A DNA stretch of 64,000 bases from Longimicrobiales bacterium (GTDB taxonomy: Bacteria; Gemmatimonadota; Gemmatimonadetes; Longimicrobiales; Gaopeijiaceae). The notes beneath the pieces were generated by a model. The model searched no databases. It saw only the letters and a program-made list of their open reading frames with translations, and had not been told where the DNA came from. The DNA lies in contig OZ250165.1 in assembly GCA_965238005.1 (NCBI GenBank), positions 2,752,001 to 2,816,000 on the forward strand, given 5' to 3'. A program made the position numbers and the translations under genes. Shown here piece after piece: positions 1 to 10,906 of the stretch. Positions within the stretch are counted from its first letter, which is position 1. Each line of letters starts with the position of its first letter.

Positions 1-752
1 TGATCGGGATTCTCGCTCCGATCTGGCACGACATGCCGCCCACCGCCCGGAAGTTGCGCCAGCGCATCCGCGCGGTCATGGAGTGGGCCGTGGCGATGGA
101 TCTCAGGCCCGACAACCCATGCGACCGGATCGGTCCTGTCCTCGGAGCGCAGGGGGGGCTTGTTCGGCACATGCGGGCGTTGCCGCACCGCGACGTGGCG
201 TCCGCGATCGAGACGGTGCGGGCGTCGAACGCGCGGCCGGTCGTCAAGCTGGCCTTCGAGTTGCTGGTGCTGACGGCCGTACGCTCCGGCGAGGTCCGGG
301 GGGCGGTGTGGCCGGAGATCGACCGGGACGCAGGCGTGTGGACCATCCCGGCGCTGCGCACGAAGGGGAACCGCGAGCACCGGGTCCCGCTATGCCGCCG
401 TGCGTTGGAGATCCTCGAGGAAGCGCGGATGCTCGGTCGCGGCGGCCCGCTCGTGTTTCCGGGGGCGCGCGGAAAGCCATTCGCGAGCACGGCGCTGTCG
501 GAACTGCTCGGGGAGTTGAAGGTCGCGGCCGTGCCGCACGGCTTTCGGTCGAGCTTTCGCTACTGGGCGGCCGAAGAGACGGACCACCCTCGCGAGGTGG
601 CCGAGGCGGCGCTGGCGCACAAGGTCCGCAACCAGATCGAGGCGGCGTACCGGCGTTCGGACCTGTTCGAGCGCCGACGCCGACTCATGGACGATTGGGC
701 CGCGTATCTGTCCGGCGAGCGTCGAGATCCGGAGGCCGGACCGGTTCGCTGA
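1..752 (+). CDS. P4-like tyrosine integrase (5' end outside window)
   Basis: Motifs TAVRSGEVRG, HRVPL, HGFRSSF, LAH, AAYRRSD; closely resembles integrases at 32283 and 55316; frame open to window edge. Confidence 0.93.
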   Translation, partial: IGILAPIWHDMPPTARKLRQRIRAVMEWAVAMDLRPDNPCDRIGPVLGAQGGLVRHMRALPHRDVASAIETVRASNARPVVKLAFELLVLTAVRSGEVRGAVWPEIDRDAGVWTIPALRTKGNREHRVPLCRRALEILEEARMLGRGGPLVFPGARGKPFASTALSELLGELKVAAVPHGFRSSFRYWAAEETDHPREVAEAALAHKVRNQIEAAYRRSDLFERRRRLMDDWAAYLSGERRDPEAGPVR

Positions 753-755
753 GGC

Positions 756-910
756 GCTGGCTCATGACCGGTTACCTGTCATGAGCCAGCATACCCTTTG
801 TACCCACAAAGGGGCTGGCGAGGGGGGCGCTCCGCCCCCCCTTCGATCCCCCTGAGGCCCGCGCTCCGGCAGAGTTCACGGGCAGGGAGCGAGCCCCCCC
901 GAACCCCCCT
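756..910 (-). other. ColE1-type oriT-like region
   Basis: IR CCCTTTGT/ACAAAGGG (794-813) followed on minus strand by TATGCTGGCTCA; homologous to 32161-32220 and 55140-55270. Confidence 0.6.
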
Positions 911-1914
911 GCCAGTGCGCTGATAGCTGATTGCCGCATCGCCACCGCTTCCTTCCCGGCCTCGAGAAGCTTCATGTTCTCGCGGTTGTAATTCGTGACC
1001 TTGAACCGCACGCTGCCGACGCCAGCTAGCATCAGACCAGCTTTGAGCAGGAAGTCCTGGGAGAATCTGAAACCGTCCCCGATGCGGTTAATGTTGCCAA
1101 CGGTTCCGTGAATCGCCTCGCGGGCGTCCAAGTTCTCCCACTGCGCCGTGGCCATGCTCATGAGCATGTCGGAATAGCTCAGCGTCGTTCCGCCACTGTT
1201 CGTGCGGATGAAGATGTCCAGAACTTTGTCGAGATCCTGGCTCTCCTCCTCGTAGTATACGATGACCGGCTCCGTGTGTACGACCTTGTGGAGCCCAGCA
1301 AGAACCCTGAGCGGACCACGTCTATTGGCAAGTTCCCTGTCGAGGAGAAAGTCGTGTAGATCCACAGTGTCCCGGGCGTCGAGGATCTCGCCGACTTGGT
1401 ACCAGTAGTGGGTCTCATCCCGGTGTCTAGCGTCCTTTTCCCTCAGGAAACGGAAGTCGTACCGCATGCCTGCCTCATTCTCGTCCGCCTCGGCGAGGAT
1501 GTTGAGGTACAGATGCCGCGTGGGAAACGCGTCCTGGCTTCTCCACCACAGGCGCGGCAGCTTGTAGGCGTAGCTCCCACGCAGGCCGATGTTCAACGCG
1601 GTGAGTCGCTGCTGGCCGTCGAGCACCGCCGTGATCTCGTCCCGGCTGACCGCACCGAGGGACCCACAGTGAGGATTGTCCCTCTGATGGTAGCGGAGCA
1701 TGAAGTCGTAGAACTTGTACTGTTCGATGCTTCCGCGCCTGACGATCCAGAACAGGAACGAGCCTATCGGGTAACCCCGCATGAGGCTGTCGAAAAGACG
1801 TTCGATCTGGTTGGGCTGCCAGACGAACTGCCGCTGGATCGCGGGCAGGACGTACTCTCGCCGTTCGATGGCTCCGAGTGCCTTGCTAGTCGTGATTGGG
1901 GTCTGAAACGCCAT
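772..1914 (-). pseudogene. DUF262 (GmrSD N-terminal-like) protein, C-terminally truncated
   Basis: LPAIQRQFVW, SLMRGYPIG, LDGQQRLT, FIRTNSGG motifs; after ~960 the frame reads through oriT-like DNA. Confidence 0.8.
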
Positions 1915-2067
1915 GCCTGCATAGCTTCCTGGCGAGCGTGTTCGGTGACGCGACAGTCACCAAGGGGAGAGCACGGCGGAAGTTGCCAGTGTTCGATGGA
2001 GAGCTGACTGGTGCTTGGAACTCCGCCGTGAGAGTTTCCATGCCAATTATACTACTGATACGAGTTC

Positions 2068-2952
2068 CTATTTGGTCAACGACAGGAAGTAGGTCTGGCC
2101 TGTGTGTACAGAAGAACTGATATAGGAATTGTCTTCTCCGCCGAGCAGTGCTACTAACAATCGGCAGACGAAAGCACTCATCTCAAATGTAATGTCCACG
2201 CCAGTGCCGGCCCCGTACACGTCGAAACCAAGCGGTTCGTCCCCGAATAGAGCTTCGTGTAGTGCGTTGTTGCGAAGAGCTGATACCACCGTACCGCTTG
2301 CGCTAGTGGCCTGGGCCCACGATGGATTTGTTACGCCGAATTCACGGCACATCCACCCGATTCGTTCGTAGTGCTTGTGTCTGTCCTTCGGACGTCGTAG
2401 GGATTTGGCTAGGGCGTAACAGGCGTCTATCGCTGTATAGAGATAGATAAACCTTTCAAATTGCAGCGCTTGTGAGTATCGGCCCAAGAACAGTGCATGA
2501 ATTGCTGCCTTGAGTCGTTGCGCATTGCGCGGCTGTCTGCGGTTCGTCCTCCAGAAACGCTCGGTCAGCTCGATTGCCCGCACACGGTTCTTATCACCAG
2601 ACAGATCGAAGTCTATGAGTTTGCGTAGCTCAATAGGAGTGGCGTCTAGGAATCCTCTCTCAGTTGTCGTCAGCCGCATGCCGAGAAAGAAAGACAAAGT
2701 CCAAATGTGAAAGTCGAGATGATCTTCGCCCGTGGCCTTTGCGTGTTCTAACACATGGGTCTTTGGCAAGCCAAACACGCGGGCACCGTATCGGTGAGAT
2801 GGCACATATAGCCAGCCGTTCTCGATCCCGTCGTAGGAAGCAACCTCTTTGACAGCCTTGTCGAAATCGGGGAGGGATCGAACCTTGATCGGGCCTGCGT
2901 CGACTTCGAGAGGCTCTGGATAGAACCCGAACTCCATCTCGATCTTACTCAC
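2068..2952 (-). CDS. Hypothetical protein with HEPN-like RxxxxH motif
   Basis: 294 aa, protein-like composition, C-terminal RNNALH. Confidence 0.65.
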   Translation of the reverse strand: MSKIEMEFGFYPEPLEVDAGPIKVRSLPDFDKAVKEVASYDGIENGWLYVPSHRYGARVFGLPKTHVLEHAKATGEDHLDFHIWTLSFFLGMRLTTTERGFLDATPIELRKLIDFDLSGDKNRVRAIELTERFWRTNRRQPRNAQRLKAAIHALFLGRYSQALQFERFIYLYTAIDACYALAKSLRRPKDRHKHYERIGWMCREFGVTNPSWAQATSASGTVVSALRNNALHEALFGDEPLGFDVYGAGTGVDITFEMSAFVCRLLVALLGGEDNSYISSSVHTGQTYFLSLTK

Positions 2953-4086
2953 GAGCTATCACCCTGTAGTCTCTCTCGCAGTCCAGTCCCAATTCTCTGT
3001 ACGAGAATTCGACTTGATCAATACCGTCTTCCGGGTAGCTCTCAGCGGACCCTGGGCCGGGGTCCGGCGCCTGCGGTGCTCCCAGGAGCCAGCCACCGCC
3101 AGCCGCGTGGAGTGCCGCCCAAGGGTCCCTCTTCTTGACGACATCATGCCCACGACCTCGGCGCCCATGTGATCGAGCCACTGTACGACCGTCGCGGCGG
3201 CCTTGCCGCTGTCCTAGACGGCTCCGGGTCCGTCCTTCAGCGCCGGACCGTAAAGGCAGCCGGTCCCGTTGGGCCTGAGATCGAGGGGATTCGAGTCGAA
3301 AGATGCGGCGCGAATACTCCGTCCGAAATGAGACGGGGTGCTGCGCCTTCTGGGCCGACGCACCACCCCGCCGATGCCGTTTGAGATCAGAGCCTATTCC
3401 CGGAATTGCACCGGTGCAAGGTAGGCCGGGCCTTCTTGGGAGCTTGGCCCCGGATGGTTGGCGAATCGTTGCTGCCCAGATGCCGAAGCGCCTCTGCGTC
3501 CGAAGCTCGTCCGCTTACTACCCAGCAACCGACCTGGCCACCGCCGCTTTACGTGGCATCAAACGTCCTGCCCGACGGGGCCTCCCTGATCTGGCGACCA
3601 GCCAAAAACACCTTTGAGGCTATGGCCTCCAAGCTGATCACCCCCTCCATAGTCAGAGGTTCAAAGACACGCTCACACATCAAGTGTGCGCGTAGTACTC
3701 CAGTACCCACTCACCGGTATCCGGGTCCTGCTCCATCATGTACTTGAGCTCACGCTTGCTTCGGGTGTTGGGATCGACGCTCCAATGCTTGAGGGTCCCG
3801 TCCCGGAGCTCTAGGAAGCGCTCTGCACATTCACCTTTGTTGAGGCCGCGGACTTCACCATTGGTCCCGCCCATGCTGATCCCTTCCAGTAGCTGCCGCG
3901 AAGCGTCGGGCTGTAGGCCGGACGCGATCTGCTCCGGTTGTTGGCCGGGTGTAATTCTGCGCGTGACATTTGACTGCTACACCCAGCGGCTTGCCGTCCT
4001 GTAGAGCCAACCCTGCCAGCACGTTGATGATCCGCTGCTCTCTCAAATCGGCGGTCGATGGCCTTCCCGCTAGGGATCATTGGATC

Positions 4087-4174
4087 GGGAGCGACCCCAG
4101 GGGGCGGGGCCAGCGTGTGAAAACACACCTGGCCCCACGCCCGTACCAGGCCCTCGGCCTGGGGGGTCGCTCCC
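4087..4174. repeat. Structured element, subtype Y
   Basis: GGGAGCGACCCC...GGGGTCGCTCCC terminal IR with internal hairpins; homologous to 49070-49156. Confidence 0.8.
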
Positions 4175-4227
4175 GTACCGGTCGGTGCTGCCCGGTTCGC
4201 CGCGCCGACCGACCAGCACCAGGCGTA

Positions 4228-4291
4228 ACTGCATTAGCTACAATCGCATGAAGAGCCACGCCCGTGTGAATCGCTACCGGGGTAATCTGTG
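4228..4291 (+). repeat. Direct repeat copy 1 (57 bp exact, 4235-4291)
   Basis: Identical to 53891-53947. Confidence 0.9.
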
Positions 4292-4635
4292 CATCGACCC
4301 CCCGGGTCGTTTTCACATCCCGGTCCAGGCATGACACGCAGGCAGGTCATCGGAAATGCGCCCCGGAGAGTCGCACCGTTTGCCAGGTGGTGCCGCAGTG
4401 GGATAGCTCCTGGCTTCTTCGTCATCAGTTGGTCTCTCCCCTTGGAAAAGAGTCCAAGGCCAACTTGCTCTTGAACCAGACCATCGCGGTGAACCCGGTC
4501 GTAGGCTTCGATGAGGCCAGAATCCGATTCAGACGTCCACAGCTTCGACGAGCGCCCCCGCTGGTCCAAGAGGGAGCTCGGGGTCGACGCTCGCATGGCG
4601 CCCGAATTCCGTCCGCTTGACACCCGTACGCCGAA

Positions 4636-4807
4636 CAAACTCGTCGCCCGACGCTTGGGAACCTGCGCCGTCAAATCTCCATACCCATACATTGAGGAGC
4701 CCGCTTCGGGCAGTGTCAACAACGGGCAAAGACGCCATGTCCCTAGAGTTCCAGCGACGTATTCGAGGCGGACCCGCCTCCGCCAGCGGATGCTCGAACT
4801 CCTCCCG
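4636..4807 (+). repeat. ~170 bp diverged repeat copy 1
   Basis: Aligns by eye to 18433-18605. Confidence 0.8.
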
Positions 4808-5162
4808 AAGGACCGCTTGAACCAGCGGTGGCCTCGATCGCGATCGGTCTATCTGGAGCAGTCCATCCATCGCAGCACGCTCCGGATCTTAGCCGAGCAT
4901 GACCGCGAAGCCCTGGCAACGGAACTGGCTGGCCCCCGAGGGTTGTCTACGATCCCGGCTGCTCCTCGGGCATGTTCGTCCATTGCAGACCGGGAATCTG
5001 TCGCGAACGAACTTGGACATAGGTGTGTAATCGTCATCGGTCGGCCAATGACGTTGGAAATCGTCGAGGTTATTCTGGCGGTCGGCTGGGTTCTACTCTC
5101 ACGACAGACAACACTTGCCGAGGGGGCTGGCCAAGTGGTAACGTATCAGTTACCCGATGTCG

Positions 5163-5492
5163 ATGATTGAGATCAGGGAATACATCGACACCGAAGGCCG
5201 TAGCCCGTACGCCAGATGGTTCAATCGGCTTGACGCCGAAGCTGCAGCCAAGGTGGCGACGGCGCTGGTCCGGATGGAGCAAGGCAACCTCTCCAACGCT
5301 AAGGCCGTGGGCGCCGGTGTCTTCGAACACCGGATAGACTTCGGCCCCGGCTACCGGGTCTATTTCGGCAAGGGCGCCGAGACCCGGATCATCCTCTTGG
5401 GTGGTGGGACCAAGAAGAGACAGCAACAGGATATCGAGACTGCCCACGACCTCTGGCAAGAATACAGGCGGCGCAAGCGACGGGAGACTTGA
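5163..5492 (+). CDS. Type II TA toxin, RelE/ParE (HigB-like addiction module killer)
   Basis: SPYARWF, GVFEHRIDFGPGYRVYF, LLGGGTK..QQQDI signature. Confidence 0.9.
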   Translation: MIEIREYIDTEGRSPYARWFNRLDAEAAAKVATALVRMEQGNLSNAKAVGAGVFEHRIDFGPGYRVYFGKGAETRIILLGGGTKKRQQQDIETAHDLWQEYRRRKRRET

Positions 5493-5497
5493 GAACC

Positions 5498-5815
5498 ATG
5501 TCCCTGACACGAAACTTCAAGGAAACGATTCAGGCGCGTATCGAGCGCGATCCTGCCTTCCGCGAGGAACTGCTCAAAGAGGGGGTGGAATGCTTGCTCG
5601 CCGGCGACGTGGACACCGGCAAGGCGGTACTGAGGGACTACATCAACGCCACCATCGGCTTTCAGGAGCTTGGTGCGTTGACCGCGAAGTCTCCGAAGAG
5701 CCTGATGCGTATGTTCGGCCCCAACGGCAACCCCCAGGCCCGGAACCTGTTTGAGATCATCGGTTACCTCCAGAAACGCGAGGGACTTCACCTGAGGATC
5801 CGCGCCGTTCGATAG
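5498..5815 (+). CDS. Antitoxin / HTH regulator paired with toxin
   Basis: Directly downstream of toxin; LRDYINATIGF..KSLMRMFGPNGNP HTH-type pattern. Confidence 0.85.
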   Translation: MSLTRNFKETIQARIERDPAFREELLKEGVECLLAGDVDTGKAVLRDYINATIGFQELGALTAKSPKSLMRMFGPNGNPQARNLFEIIGYLQKREGLHLRIRAVR

Positions 5816-5908
5816 GCACCGAGTTCGTGTAAACAGAGAGGATTGGGAGAAGGACACACAGGCAGTACCAAGCTCGCCTCACCGCACCGGGAAAGCGACC
5901 GAATCCCC

Positions 5909-8437
5909 ATGAACGAAGCGACCGCGCGGATCAAGCTCAACAAACTTCTCGAAGCCGCCGGCTGGCATTTCTTCGCCGACGGAGACTCGCCTGCCAATAT
6001 CTGCCTCGAACCAAATGTCACGATCAGAACGTCCGATCTCGACGCCCTGGGCAACGACTTCGAGAAGACATCCAAGGGCTACATCGACTTCCTGCTCCTC
6101 GACACCAAGGGATTTCCCTACATCGTCCTGGAAGCCAAGTCGGAGGACAAGAACCCGCTCGCCGGCAAGGAGCAGGCCCGCAAATACGCCCGCTCGCAGA
6201 ATTGCCGCTTCGTCATCCTGTCGAACGGCAACCTGCACTACTTCTGGGATCTGGAGCGAGGCAACCCTTCGATCATCACTGCGTTTCCGACGCCCGACTC
6301 GGTATCCGACTACCGGAAGGTCACGCCCAACCCGCAACGCCTGATCGAGGAACAGGTCGGCGACGACTATATCGTTCTTACTCACCGGCCGAATTATGCT
6401 TCTGAAGCGGCGTGGAAGAATGAAGCCGAGCGGCCAGGATTCGTCCAAGCTAGTAAATTGCGCTTTCTGCGAGCCTATCAGATCAAAGCGATCCATGCGT
6501 TACAGCGGGCGGTACAGGACGGAGACGATCGCTTCTTGTTCGAGATGGCGACAGGCACCGGAAAGACACTCACGGCCGCGGCCGTCATCAAGCTGTTCCT
6601 GCGCTCGGGCAATGCCAGCCGAGTGCTTTTCCTGGTCGACCGGCTGGAATTGGAAGATCAGGCGCATAAGGTCTTCATCGCGTTGCTTTCGGCGGACTTT
6701 CAGACGGTTGTCTATAAGGAGAACCGCAACGACTGGCATCGTGCCGAGATCGTCGTCACTACCGTTCAATCCCTGCTGTTCAACAACAAGTATCAGCGGC
6801 TCTTCTCTCCCACGGACTTCGATCTTGTCATTTCCGACGAAGCACACCGCTCAATCGGCGGGAACGCCCGCGCAGTGTTCGACTTCTTCGTGGGCTACAA
6901 GCTCGGGTTGACCGCGACGCCCCGTGACTATTTGAAGGGCACTGGCAAGACGCTCACCGCGACGCGTGACCCGCGTGAAGCCGAGAGGCGCCTCCTGCTC
7001 GACACCTACCGAACCTTTGGCTGCGAGAGTGGGCAACCCACCTTCCGCTACTCGCTGCTCGATGGCGTGAAAGACGGATTTCTGATCAACCCGACAGTGG
7101 TCGACGCGCGTACGGAGGTGACCACCCAGCTCCTATCCGAAGAGGGGTTTGTCGTTTCATTCATCGACGAAACGGGTGAAGACCAAGAGGAAGCCTACAA
7201 GCGACGCGAGTTTGAAAGGCGCTTTTACTCTGAGGCTACCAACCAGCTTTTCTGCAAGACCTTCCTTGAGAACGCGCTACGTGACCCGATCAGCGGGGAA
7301 ATCGGAAAGTCCATCGTCTTTGCTGTCAGCCAGCGCCACGCGGCCAAGCTCGCGCAGGTCTTCAACCAGATCGCTGATCGGATGTTTCCCGGCAAGTACC
7401 GCTCCGACTTCGCCGTGCAGGTGACCTCGCAGATCGCAGATGCCCAGAAATTCACCGTCAACTTCGCCAACAACAACCTGCTGGGCTCAGCCAACTTCCG
7501 GCCCGGCTACCGGACCAGCAAGGCTCGTGTCTGCGTCACGGTGGGCATGATGACCACCGGGTATGACTGCACCGACATCCTGAATCTTGGCCTGTTCCGC
7601 CCCATCTTCTCGCCCACCGATTTCGTCCAGATCAAGGGGCGCGGCACCCGCAGGCACGACTTCCGGGACGAGCTTCTCGGTGACAGCCTCAAGGACAGCG
7701 TCACCGATGCGCAGAAGACCGCGTTCAAGCTCTTCGATTTCTTCGGCAACTGCGAGTATTTCGAGACCGAGTTCAACTACGACGAGGTGCTGAAGCTACC
7801 CCGGCCCCAAGCGAGTAGCGGCGGGGAGGACATCGGACCGACTGAGTTCGCGGGCTCTTACGAACACCTCGGGGCCGACATCATCGCCTCCGTACGCGAA
7901 GAGACCATCGACTACGAAGGGATGAAGATCGACCGGATGCTCTTCGAGAAGTTCGAGGACACCGTGCGCAGAGATGAGACCATCGCCGATGCAGTGATGG
8001 CCGGCCAGTGGGATCGCGTCATCGATTACGTCAACCGAGAGGTCTTCGACAAACCGGAGGAGTACTACACCCTCAAGAAGCTGCGCCAAGCCACGTATGT
8101 GAACCGCCGCATTACCTTGCGTGAGATTCTGGAAAAGATATTCGGCCTCATTCCCGATTTCAAATCCAAGGATGAGCTATTGGAAGAGGAATTCGCGAAG
8201 TTCGTGGTGGATTACAAACCCGACGAGGCCGCCGCCATCCCGGCCATCAAGAGCTACTTCAAAGCCTATGCCACCAGCGACCAGGTGCGCCATATTGTCG
8301 ATAGCAAGCGTTTCGCAGACCTTGCCACCAACCCGTCCTTTTCCACCGGCGATTTCCGCGCCGTACCGTACAAGTACCGCAACCTCATTCCGGAATACAT
8401 CAAGGACTACGTTTCCTTGAACCAATTTGCCGCGTAG
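5909..8437 (+). CDS. hsdR: Type I restriction endonuclease R subunit
   Basis: D..LEAK nuclease motif, MATGTGKT, FLVDR, DEAH, GLTATP, TTGYD, QIKGRGTR. Confidence 0.93.
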   Translation: MNEATARIKLNKLLEAAGWHFFADGDSPANICLEPNVTIRTSDLDALGNDFEKTSKGYIDFLLLDTKGFPYIVLEAKSEDKNPLAGKEQARKYARSQNCRFVILSNGNLHYFWDLERGNPSIITAFPTPDSVSDYRKVTPNPQRLIEEQVGDDYIVLTHRPNYASEAAWKNEAERPGFVQASKLRFLRAYQIKAIHALQRAVQDGDDRFLFEMATGTGKTLTAAAVIKLFLRSGNASRVLFLVDRLELEDQAHKVFIALLSADFQTVVYKENRNDWHRAEIVVTTVQSLLFNNKYQRLFSPTDFDLVISDEAHRSIGGNARAVFDFFVGYKLGLTATPRDYLKGTGKTLTATRDPREAERRLLLDTYRTFGCESGQPTFRYSLLDGVKDGFLINPTVVDARTEVTTQLLSEEGFVVSFIDETGEDQEEAYKRREFERRFYSEATNQLFCKTFLENALRDPISGEIGKSIVFAVSQRHAAKLAQVFNQIADRMFPGKYRSDFAVQVTSQIADAQKFTVNFANNNLLGSANFRPGYRTSKARVCVTVGMMTTGYDCTDILNLGLFRPIFSPTDFVQIKGRGTRRHDFRDELLGDSLKDSVTDAQKTAFKLFDFFGNCEYFETEFNYDEVLKLPRPQASSGGEDIGPTEFAGSYEHLGADIIASVREETIDYEGMKIDRMLFEKFEDTVRRDETIADAVMAGQWDRVIDYVNREVFDKPEEYYTLKKLRQATYVNRRITLREILEKIFGLIPDFKSKDELLEEEFAKFVVDYKPDEAAAIPAIKSYFKAYATSDQVRHIVDSKRFADLATNPSFSTGDFRAVPYKYRNLIPEYIKDYVSLNQFAA

Positions 8438-8446
8438 AGCTTATTC

Positions 8447-10903
8447 ATGCTGGATTCTGACACCAAGCGCCGCATCGACACTGCCCGCGATATCCTGGTC
8501 GGCAAGGTGCCGGACCCCAAGAGCCAGGTTGAGCAGATTACGATCGCGCTGATCTACAAGTTCATGGACGACATGGACGCCGAAAGCGAGGAATTCGGAG
8601 GGAAGCGCAGTTTCTTTGCCGGCGAGTTCGCACGCTACGGGTGGACCCAGCTGATGCGCGCCGGCCTCGGCGGCCATGAGACCTTGAATCTCTACGCAGA
8701 GGCTATCACCAAGATGCCGGAGAACCCCGGCATTCCAACGTTGTTTCGCGACATCTTCAATAACGCCTACCTGCCTTATCGCGATCCTGAGACCCTTCGC
8801 GCCTTTCTAAAGGTCATCGACGAGTTCACTTACGATCACTCCGAGCGCCTGGGTGACGCCTTTGAGTATCTGCTCTCGGTCCTCGGCTCGCAGGGGGATG
8901 CCGGGCAGTTCCGTACACCGCGCCATATCATCGATTTCATTGTTGCCATCATCGATCCGAAGAAAGGCGAAACGGTGCTGGACCCCGCGTGCGGCACCGC
9001 CGGATTCCTGATTTCATCCTACAAGCACATCCTTGCGGCCAACACTGATCCGCAAGGCGGCAGCACGCTGACGCCGGATGACAAGGGCCGGCTAGCGGCG
9101 GACTTCAAGGGCTACGACATCTCGCCCGATATGGTGCGCCTGTCGCTCGTGAACCTGTACCTGCACGGCTTTGCCGACCCGCATATCTTCGAATACGACA
9201 CGCTCACCAGCGAGGAGCGTTGGAACGAGTACGCCGATGTGATTCTCGCCAATCCTCCGTTTATGTCGCCAAAAGGCGGCATACGGCCCCACAACCGCTT
9301 CTCAGTGCAGTCCAAGCGGAGCGAGGTGCTGTTCGTGGATTACATGGCCGAGCACCTGATGCCTTCCGGACGTGCAGGCATCATCGTCCCCGAGGGAATC
9401 ATCTTCCAGAGCCAGAACGCCTACAAACAGCTTCGCAAGATGCTGGTAGAGGAATACCTAGTCGCCGTTGTTTCCCTGCCGGCAGGCGTTTTCAACCCTT
9501 ATTCCGGCGTCAAAACCTCGATTCTCATCCTCGACAAGTCGCTGTCGAAGAAGACGGACCGCGTCGGCTTCTTTAAGGTCGAGAACGACGGGTTCGATCT
9601 AGGCGCTCAGCGGCGAGAGATTGACAAGGACGACTTGCCGCAGGTGCAGGCCGAGATTGGCGAATATCTACGGCAGCTGCGGGCAGAGGAACTGGTGGAC
9701 GGCTTTGAGGCGACGCTGGGGCTGGTCGTCGAGAAGGGGAAGATCGCGGCGAATGGGGAATACAACCTGAATGGAGAAAGATATCGGGAGAGTGGTACCC
9801 GCACATCGCAGTTCTCCCTTGTGTCATTAAGTGAAGTTGTAGATATCCTAGACAACCGAAGAAAACCGATAACCAAACATGATAGAAAGCCGGGCCCATA
9901 CCCGTACTATGGAGCAACGGGAGTGCTTGACCATGTTGAAGGCTACCTTTTCGACGAGCCGCTGGTACTAGTAGGTGAGGATGGAGCGAAGTGGGAATCG
10001 GGAGAACAGAGTGCGTTTCCTGTCGAGGGTAAAGTCTGGGTCAACAATCACGCACACGTTCTGAGACCCAGGCGCGACAGATTGCTTGATCGGTTCCTGA
10101 TCGAGGTTCTCAATGAGGCGGACCTTACCCCATACGTCACCGGAGTCACTGTTCCCAAGCTCAACCAAGGGAAGCTCAAGAGCATCCAAATCCCACTCCC
10201 GCCGCTGGAGGTGCAGAAAGAGATCGTCGCTGAGATCGAGGGCTATCAGAAGGTCATTGATGGCGCACGCGCCATCGTCGACAACTATAGGCCGCAGATC
10301 ACCGCAGACCCCAATTGGCCGATGGTGCCGATTGGTGACATTTGCGATCTTGTCAATGGACGGGCTTTCAAACCACGAGATTGGGAAGACGTTGATAGTG
10401 GAGGCCTTCCAATTGTCAGAATTCAAAACCTCAACACTCCCGATAGTAGGTTCAATTACTACACTGGAGAAGTAAGGAACCGGTTCATAATCAACGAAGG
10501 ACAACTTCTTTTCTCGTGGTCCGGTTCGCGGGGAACTTCATTCGGTGCACACATTTGGAACGGTGGGAAGGCTGTACTCAACCAACATATTTTCAAGGTC
10601 GTCTACGATAACGAACGGGCAATTAAGCTGTACTTGTTTCACGCGCTCAACAAGGCAGTCACGCAGATAGAGGATAACCTTCATGGTGGAGTGGGCCTCG
10701 TTCACATCACGAAAGGAAACTTGGAGAAAATTCAAATCTCCCTCCCACCCCTGGAGATGCAGAAGGAAATCGTCGCTGAAATCAAAGTGGAGCAGGCATT
10801 GGTCAATGCCAACCACGAGTTGATTGGCCGCCTTGAGAAAAAGATCCAGGACACCCTTGCCCGCACCTGGAGCGAGGACGAATCGGCCCCGGCAAAGGCG
10901 TGA
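8447..10903 (+). CDS. Type I R-M methyltransferase fused to specificity subunit (HsdM-HsdS)
   Basis: GQFRTP, DPACGTAGF, NPPF, then two TRDs each ending in I.LPPLE.QKEIVAEI. Confidence 0.92.
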   Translation: MLDSDTKRRIDTARDILVGKVPDPKSQVEQITIALIYKFMDDMDAESEEFGGKRSFFAGEFARYGWTQLMRAGLGGHETLNLYAEAITKMPENPGIPTLFRDIFNNAYLPYRDPETLRAFLKVIDEFTYDHSERLGDAFEYLLSVLGSQGDAGQFRTPRHIIDFIVAIIDPKKGETVLDPACGTAGFLISSYKHILAANTDPQGGSTLTPDDKGRLAADFKGYDISPDMVRLSLVNLYLHGFADPHIFEYDTLTSEERWNEYADVILANPPFMSPKGGIRPHNRFSVQSKRSEVLFVDYMAEHLMPSGRAGIIVPEGIIFQSQNAYKQLRKMLVEEYLVAVVSLPAGVFNPYSGVKTSILILDKSLSKKTDRVGFFKVENDGFDLGAQRREIDKDDLPQVQAEIGEYLRQLRAEELVDGFEATLGLVVEKGKIAANGEYNLNGERYRESGTRTSQFSLVSLSEVVDILDNRRKPITKHDRKPGPYPYYGATGVLDHVEGYLFDEPLVLVGEDGAKWESGEQSAFPVEGKVWVNNHAHVLRPRRDRLLDRFLIEVLNEADLTPYVTGVTVPKLNQGKLKSIQIPLPPLEVQKEIVAEIEGYQKVIDGARAIVDNYRPQITADPNWPMVPIGDICDLVNGRAFKPRDWEDVDSGGLPIVRIQNLNTPDSRFNYYTGEVRNRFIINEGQLLFSWSGSRGTSFGAHIWNGGKAVLNQHIFKVVYDNERAIKLYLFHALNKAVTQIEDNLHGGVGLVHITKGNLEKIQISLPPLEMQKEIVAEIKVEQALVNANHELIGRLEKKIQDTLARTWSEDESAPAKA

Positions 10904-10906
10904 GCA

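Noticed and set aside
2945..4128. Short minus-strand ORFs (e.g. 3680-3874)
   Set aside because: Possibly a frameshifted gene, but no recognisable motif
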